Shown piece after piece: positions 56,503 through 64,000 of a stretch of DNA of 64,000 nucleotides. Source of the stretch: the human T2T-CHM13v2.0 reference genome, Homo sapiens; the NCBI RefSeq assembly GCF_009914755.1, contig NC_060925.1, one strand, 5' to 3'. The translations under genes and the position numbers were made by a program. Numbering within the stretch: the stretch's first letter is position 1; every line of letters starts with the position of its first letter. Under the pieces are notes generated by a model that was not told where the DNA came from, ran no database searches, and was given only the letters and a program-made list of their open reading frames with translations.

Positions 56503-56549
56503 AGGAGGGTGTACAGCTCAGGAGTAGAGTATTGGACTGCAGATCAAGA
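56503..56549 (+). pseudogene. Tailless retrocopy of the 5' part of tRNA-Cys(GCA)
   Basis: 56507-56549 matches the recalled human tRNA-Cys 5' sequence GGGGGTATAGCTCAGGGGTAGAGCATTTGACTGCAGATCAAGA at 38/43; 16-bp TSD AGAAAATGTAA(C/T)ATCT at 56487-56502 and 56547-56562. Confidence 0.88.
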
Positions 56550-59500
56550 AAATGTAATATCTTATTTTTATACGTACAGGAATATTCTGAGTAAAATGCT
56601 AATTTTCAGCAAGTTTTTATTGTTAAGTTACTATAATAAACATTATGTTAGAAGTACATATTCAAATGAAAACTTGTCTCTCCAGTGACATTTGAAACAC
56701 ACCATCTGCATTATGTGCTATAGCAGAATTCAGAGAACAGCTCCTTTCTTTTATATATAATAGTCATTCTATTATAAATCAGTTTAACATAAAATACTTT
56801 GCTTAGAAAAAGCGATGCTTTAGCTATAATTTTCTGATGGGAACACATTTTTATTTTTCATGTCACAAAAGTCTATAGTATGCCATGTGCCATGTGATAC
56901 GTTAGAGAGAAGAAAATCCTAAAATCAAACAAACAAAAATGTGGAAGAATGAAAAGAATAAAAAAAATCTTTAAGTTGGTTTAAATTTATTAAGTTAAAA
57001 TAATGTAAGCCAAAGTATGTCTTTGTCTATCTTGATTACTTCAACTCGTAAACCTAGTTAAAAAGGCAGTTTACTCAATTTTTCTTCCAGAAGAGAAAAA
57101 TGAGGGCAAGTACAGTATAGAAGAATTTTTAAATGAGACATACTGACAGAATATAACATGGTGTCCCATCAGATGATGTGGTGTTTTGACTGCATGGCTA
57201 CAGAGGGCTATAATTTAAATGCCATTAAAGACACATAGGCTTTAGCACGGAGACAGGAATACTGTAAAATCTTTTGGTCTGTAGTCACAATGCAGATAAA
57301 ATTGTTCCTTTGATCTTGCAATGCCAAAGTCTGTTGTCCAGAAGGGAAATGTCTTTGTGCTTCTGTCTTAAACTAAGACAGATTTCATTTTTTTAATCTA
57401 AGCCATTCTGTGAACACCATGTAAAATAAAGTGCATTTTATCAAGCAGAGCTTAGTTTTCTTCCATTGTTATTTTAGGTTACATTATGATTATGTAGTGC
57501 TCAAAAAAATGTGCCCAAAATACACACATCTGGGTTTAAAATGATGAGACGCTAACTTCAAATGTCTTGATGTGGACAGCTTAGTGGCATTTGTAGGCTA
57601 GGAGTTAAGAACATTGTAGTTCTCTTCTTTATATGTTTTTCTTTTTAAGCAATAGTGATATATTTTGTCATAAGACTAAGCAGAACATAAACACACACAC
57701 ATTTGACAGCTAAGTCTGTAATAAAATATATGCTGCATGATTTGCAGAATCACACCCAATGCTCTCCAGATCAAGTCTCTAAATTTAAAAAATTGTAAAA
57801 TGTTAACAATTTTTAAGCATTACATTGTAATTTTAAATGTATATACTACATTATTAAGGGGAAGCTACACTGTGGGAGATTCTCGTAATAGATTCATTAT
57901 GTCTTATTTCTTTAAGAAAACTAGAAAAAGGAAGTAGTTCTTGGGATTTGCACATAGTCTTGATGGCTCATTGTACATGAACTATTACATTTATGCCAAA
58001 TACATATGTAATTTTTGAATGACAGTATGTCAATGATAGCTTCCAGCACCCAGTGTATTTTAGGTCTTAATGGCTTATATGGTGATTCTCCTTTATATTA
58101 AAAGATGAGCAATATTATTTTTAAAAAGTAGATAGTGAGTTTGAGTTAGAGATACAGATATTTTTGCCAAGATTAAATCTAGTATTAAAAATGTTACTTA
58201 TCTCTCCATTCTAATTAGACTTAAGAACTATTTCCAGTTTCTTTCCTAGGTGAAAATTTTGGGATGATTAAAGGCTGTATGTTTATTGGCTAAAACTAAC
58301 ATTTCCATTCTGTCAAAATTTATGTTATCAGGTGAGAAACTTTTGATAATAAACTTCACTAAAGTCAGGTTTGAATAGCTTAAAGGCAAAACGTCTTATG
58401 CATAAATCATCTGCTTATTTTATTTTCTGCCTTGATACATTTTATTATATTATGGCATAGCAAAATTCTTGAATGCAAGTTTCTGACCAAGAGGTCTTTG
58501 GAAAATAAAGAGTGATTTTTAAATGTGTAAGAAAAAGGAAAAAAAAAAACAGCTTAATCAGCACTATTTCTGGCACAAATCATGCTCAAAGTGAAGCAAT
58601 TCAAACATATTGGGCATTTCTGCACAACACTCATCAACAAGCAAACAGTCAAAATCAAAGCCTGTAACTGAACTCTTCAATCATATTGTTATAAACATTT
58701 GATAATTTTAACCATTTGTCATGTAGCAAAGGATATCTATAACTTTTAGCTGAAAGGATGTGCTTTCTTTGTTCTAAATATTTCAGATCAGTTTGTATTT
58801 AATAGAAACAGAGGCTCAGTTTGCTGTCTGGCCCAAAGTGGAGATTAATGGAGATGCTTCTGTTGAAAAGCTTTTACTTAGTGTGTATTATTACTCAACT
58901 TTGACATATTATTAGTAAAGACTTTAGAGGATGAGAACAGTGTCCCAGGCATCCTCTTTGTGTTTCCCCTAAAGTCCAATACATAAGTCAAATGATGAGT
59001 GCCCTGACGGTAGAATGGTGTGCCCATGTCTCCTTTGTGTAAGTGGATCCCTTGGCAATTAAAAGTACATCACTGGCGTTTTGTCCAGACCTCTGCAAAA
59101 CATCAATGATGTGTAAAGACACCATTTTATAAAAATAATTCTGCTTTGCTGATTCTGAAAATAATTTATCTGACTATGAATGTCCAGGAACAACCCAAGA
59201 TTGATACAGCATTTTTTGTGACTCATTGCAGGCTGATGAAAAGTGAATTTTAGTTAAGATAAGAAAGGCAAGCAGCATGAATGGCAAGAAAAACAATCCT
59301 AGAAAATGTGTTGTATTTTTTGTGTCCGATTTTGAAATAGCTTTTTAAAAACTTCCTATCAACGTCTTTCTAGAATCCATAATTGCTAATGGTTACAAGT
59401 ATCAGCCCCAGGCAAATTGCCTAGTGAGATTTTCTGCAGCAGTGAAGGTAAACAAACCAGTCACTTTCTAAACAAACATTACTTTTATGGTTATTTAAGC

Positions 59501-62016
59501 CTGCAGTATACATTGGAGCATTAAAATAATATGAGAATGCACAGTATCTTCTGGTTATCATAGGAACATTTGAATAAAAGTGATCAAACGCTTAAACATA
59601 ACACAGAATCAGTGTAATAGAAAGATATTATAAATACATTGCAAAAATATTTTTAACAAGAAGAGGATATTAGAAATTAGAGTCACTGAATACAAGGCAT
59701 CAGAAATCACTTAAGATGAACTATTAAATTGTGTGTGATAGAAAAAGAGAATAAAAAAAGAAAGAGAATAAGAGAGAGGAGATTGAGATTTAATCACTAT
59801 GAGTGTAAAATTCCAGAAGAAATAATTAAGCAAGGAGAAATATTAAATTTAATTGGAAATTAGGTCAAATAAAAATATACAATGGAAAACTTTGCCATAT
59901 TTTAAAAGAATGTAGGGAAGAGGGAAAACGGAAATAAAAAATAAAATTATAAACTAAATCAAAATCATAATTAATCATATTTTTGCAGAGCTTTCCTGTG
60001 AATCAAAACAATCCTCAATCTGTTCTGTAGCAAGACAGTTTAGTTTCTTGGAGATCATTGGCAATCATTTTGATTACCAAAGTAATTGTAGGGCAGTACT
60101 AAAATCCATTTCATTCTTAATTTGATGAACAAAAGACACTAATGCTCTTAAAATGAGAATAACAATTATTTGTAGCCATTTCAAAGATAAATTTGCAGTA
60201 AATCAATCCAGCAGTCATCCCTTTGATTATTTTTAAAGAATAAGAGAAATCTGAATAAAAAATATATAGATTTATCAGCTCAAAAACACAAAATAATTTT
60301 AGGCATTTGGTGACACTAAAATGCAGTTAGATTTGCCCAACATTTAATATTTCTGCTCTTCTTTTGGAGGTCTCGATTTCTAGAAAATTAATAAGTATCT
60401 GAAAATCTCTGCTAACAGAGGTGCTACGTGGACAAATACAGAGCAGGATGATTCTCACAATACTTACTTTCTAACTCAAATTAATTAATTCTCTTCCAAT
60501 GATTTAAATAGGAGCATATTTTTGGGTAAGTCTTCTTCCGTGTTGATCATTTGAGAAAATGATGGCAGAAGTGAGTATGAGCAGAATGAGGTTTAATTCT
60601 CTAACATACTACTCTATATTTAAAATGATTAAATTTGGAATATGATATCATTAAGAGAAAGACAACATTAACACCTGTAAGTTGTTCAGATTGTGACATG
60701 TTGTACATTTGTGTATAATTCCAAAATGTGGTTGCCACAAAATAATGTGTTCACCAATATCCAAGCTTTTTGAGCTGCCAGAAAATATCAAAACAATTGG
60801 TGCTCTTTGGAATGTGTAGTTAACTTCCTGCTAGGAGAGGAGTCACAGCTGCTACAGTAGCAGTGGGTTTCCAGATGTCAAGGCTGTGAGGATAGTGAGG
60901 TAATTGCAGGAAGGAAGGGATACAATTTTGTTATTACAGATTACCCTCCCCATTGAAATCTCTGGATACAGCATTAGTATCAGTGCTTTGGATATGCACA
61001 TTGTGAACTGGAGGTCTTCATGTTGAAGTGTAGAGGTCTGTGCATTTGCTTCAGTCGAAAAAGCTGAGCCAGGCTTATTAAAATTTGTGGGAAACAGAGT
61101 AAATGCTCTCAAAGCTGTATTATTGGATTTATAAAGCATCCATAAGTGTTAATATGTTTTATCAGCAAAAGTTGGTTTTATAAGGACAATAACCAAATAA
61201 CAAAGTTTAGCTATAAATGTTCCAGTACTATAGCTCATCCACTGAATTAAGAGAAAACAAAATGTTTAGATACCGATAAATTAATCAGCAAATCTGCTTA
61301 AGTCCTTCTTTGTATACTAGTGACTGAGTAGAGGAAACAGATGATGATTTTTCCAGTATTCAACCTAGAAGAATTTCTTTCTCAACTTCCCATGCTATGT
61401 AGTCAGAAGAGTACAAATTACTGAAAACTCTGTTTTTCATTCAGAAGCTACAATCATGGTGCCATATTTCCATATGGGAATTTTAAACACTACAGTATTT
61501 TGACATATTTTATTGTCAAAACCAATACATATTTGTCCACACAAATTAAATTGAAATTAATTGAAGAAATTCAGTTTGATAATTTCTGGTGTTTTTTTTT
61601 TTCTGTTGAGGGGTCTGTATTACTTATTGTACTGAATGTACATATTAGCTTAAGTTTCTCTGTAAATGAATGAAATAATTGGTGCATTAGTTTCACCTAA
61701 AACAGGCAGGGTTGAGGATATTCTGAGACTTATGTGAAGTTGACAATTCTGGATTCATTCTACCAGCCATGAAGAGAGAGACTTCTCATCTCACTCATAA
61801 CAGATACACCATCCTCTGCTGAAACTCTAAGCTTTTCATAGTTTTTGAGGGCAGTTACATATCACTATTGAATCACACTGAGCTATTCATGGTCAACTAA
61901 TAGCCAAAAGTCCCATGTGCCATTCTTATTTCATGTCTCCCACATTCTATGGAATTTTGAAGTTAAGGCTAGAACTTTATGCCTGTCTTGCTAAACCTGA
62001 CCTATTATATCTGACT

Positions 62017-62119
62017 AAGGCACACTGGATTGTACAATTCCAGAGAGTGCCATTCCTATCATTAACTCATAAGTGTTCTTTCTGAAGTTACACAGCCTCT
62101 ATGGCCGCAGGTGGCCTTG
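62017..62119. mobile_element. MER91-like MITE remnant
   Basis: ttgtacaattccagagagtgccattc...gaagttacacagcct...ggtggccttg. Confidence 0.4.
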
Positions 62120-62749
62120 TCTACCTTTGAATTTTGCTTTTAAATCATGGATAATTTATTCACTACAGCAGATGTCCTCTAGTTTAATTAATAATATACC
62201 TTAAATTTAATAGAATCCTATCAACGTTTAAATAAAATTATTGAATTAGCGGGGTCTTAAAGTACACGTAGGTGATGACTTATAGAAGGACAAGAGCTAT
62301 TGGGTACTTTAGGGAGGGCTGAAGACTGAGGACATAAAATGATTAATTCTTTTGTGGCAGGTGAAATAAGGATAATTATGGGAAAATATAAACAAATATT
62401 GATAAAAAAGTATTTGCTAGTCTAGGAGAATGAACTTTGACTTTGTAGTAGGCATTTGAAAAAAAAAAGATTTTAGCTAATTCAAATCCCCATTTAGGAG
62501 TTGATTATCAGTTTTGTTTTTCTTTTAAGGTTTCCTGTCTTTCAATGGCATGTAAAGAATCTCTCATTAAAACAACCACTCTCCTAAGTCATTCTTTCCA
62601 GTGGTAATGCTGATGTGGTCTGTTGCAAATGAGAAAACCCAAATGAATACAATTTATTTATTTTTATCTACACCGCCTTTGCTATTTTAATAAAGAGAAA
62701 GTTCTCAAGTCAAAATAAGTTGTACCTAAAATTAAGCATGTCTCCAGAA

Positions 62750-62895
62750 CAATGCCTCTCTATACTACTGCATCGCCGGAGAACTTGTTAGGAACACAAG
62801 TTCTCAGAAACTCTGATCATCAAGCCCAGCAATATGCATTCCAATTAACCCCCCAAGTAATGCTGACACAGCTAAAGTTTGAGAAACTTCGGCCT
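62750..62895. mobile_element. MER5A-like hAT-Charlie fragment
   Basis: gaacttgttaggaacacaagttctcag...gcccagcaatatgcatt...ctaaagtttgagaaact. Confidence 0.7.
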
Positions 62896-63505
62896 AGCAA
62901 ATCTATGGTAGCTGAGTGTTTCTTCAATAACTAAGTTGGAAGAAATAGTGACCCAGTACTTGGTTAAAGGAAATTGTAATTTCTTTTCAATATGAACATA
63001 TTCACTGTAAAAATGTTTAGTCACATTTCAAATATACTGGCAAGGATAAGTTCTCATATCCACTTTTCCCCTTTATTGCATGCCATATTATTTGTTTTCA
63101 GGGAAACACTTTACTGTAATTTAAAAGTGCAACATACAGGAACAAAGCATTGTTACCCTAAGCTCTTCATAAAGAAAAAAATTGAACTATAATCATGCCA
63201 CCATTTTATTATTTAGTTACTACAAGTTGGACTATAAATCCTCCCAAGTTTAATATCTGAATTTTGATACTACAGATTCATGGTAATATGTTTAGCAACA
63301 TTACAATTAATACCTGAAAGGAACTGATCCCACATCTATCCTCAGTGAACAATGCTGGGTCTACAAAAGAAAAATCTATTTTAATATTCATGGATCTAGA
63401 TAGCTTATTAAAACCTCAAATTTTAAAAATATAATAAAAGAGAAATATTGGTATATTTAAATTTGGGGGCCTTCACATCACCTAGTAGAAAATTTTAAAG
63501 TAAGT

Positions 63506-63828
63506 GACCTGGTGAGGTGAGGTGGCTCATGCCTGTAATGCCAACACTTTTGGAGGCCAAACTGGGAGGATCACTTGAGTTCAGGATACCAAGACCAGCC
63601 TGAACAATACAGGAGGATTTCATCTCTGCAAATAATTTTTTTAAAAAATAGCTGGATGTGGTGGCACACACCTATGGTTCCACCTACAATGGAGGCTGAG
63701 GTAGGAGGATTGCCTGAGTGGGGGAGGTTGAGGCTGCAATGAGCCATAATCACGGCACTGCACTCCAGCCTGGGCAACAGAGCGAGAACCAGTCCCAAAA
63801 ATAAGTAAATAAATAAATAAATAAATAA
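63506..63828 (+). mobile_element. AluJ with an (AAAT)n tail
   Basis: ctgggaggatcacttgagttcagga; gaggttgaggctgcaatgagcc. Confidence 0.9.
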
Positions 63829-64000
63829 TCCTTAGGAGCTTTGGGAAATTATCCATGAAAGTCATAAAGAATGAAGGGCAAATTAGCTAAGTCATTCCAG
63901 GTGCTCAATGAGGAAGCCATATACACAAACACACACACTCATTAGATATTTATAAATTCATACTGAAGGGAAATCTTCAACATTTACTAAATCTTGAATT

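Noticed and set aside
56503-56549. Functional tRNA-Cys gene
   Set aside because: Lacks the T arm/B box and the 3' acceptor strand, has substitutions at conserved positions, and is flanked by TSDs.

Overview
AT-rich, repeat-rich human genomic DNA with no supportable protein-coding gene. The functional core is invisible to the ORF track: two minus-strand microRNA hairpins, mir-181a-1 (27684-27793) and mir-181b-1 (27513-27622), recognised from their mature and precursor sequences. From recalled annotation, this places the window on chr1q32.1 inside the host lncRNA MIR181A1HG, apparently all intronic. The rest is interspersed repeats: about 15 Alus (one very young AluYa4/Ya5-type), a 5'-inverted (twin-primed) L1PA, older L1M, L2, MIR, MaLR/ERV LTRs and DNA-transposon MITEs, plus microsatellites and a 29-bp AT-rich VNTR. 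The miRNA cluster is known biology, not a new system. The least-explained observations are (i) competing base-pairing elements flanking both miR-181 hairpins that could tune Microprocessor cleavage, (ii) a TSD-flanked, tailless 5'-half tRNA-Cys retrocopy, (iii) a young Alu inserted into the target-site duplication of an older Alu, and (iv) a MADE1 (miR-548-type) hairpin in the presumed same host transcript. Repeat subfamily calls and the boundaries of old repeats were made by eye and are approximate.
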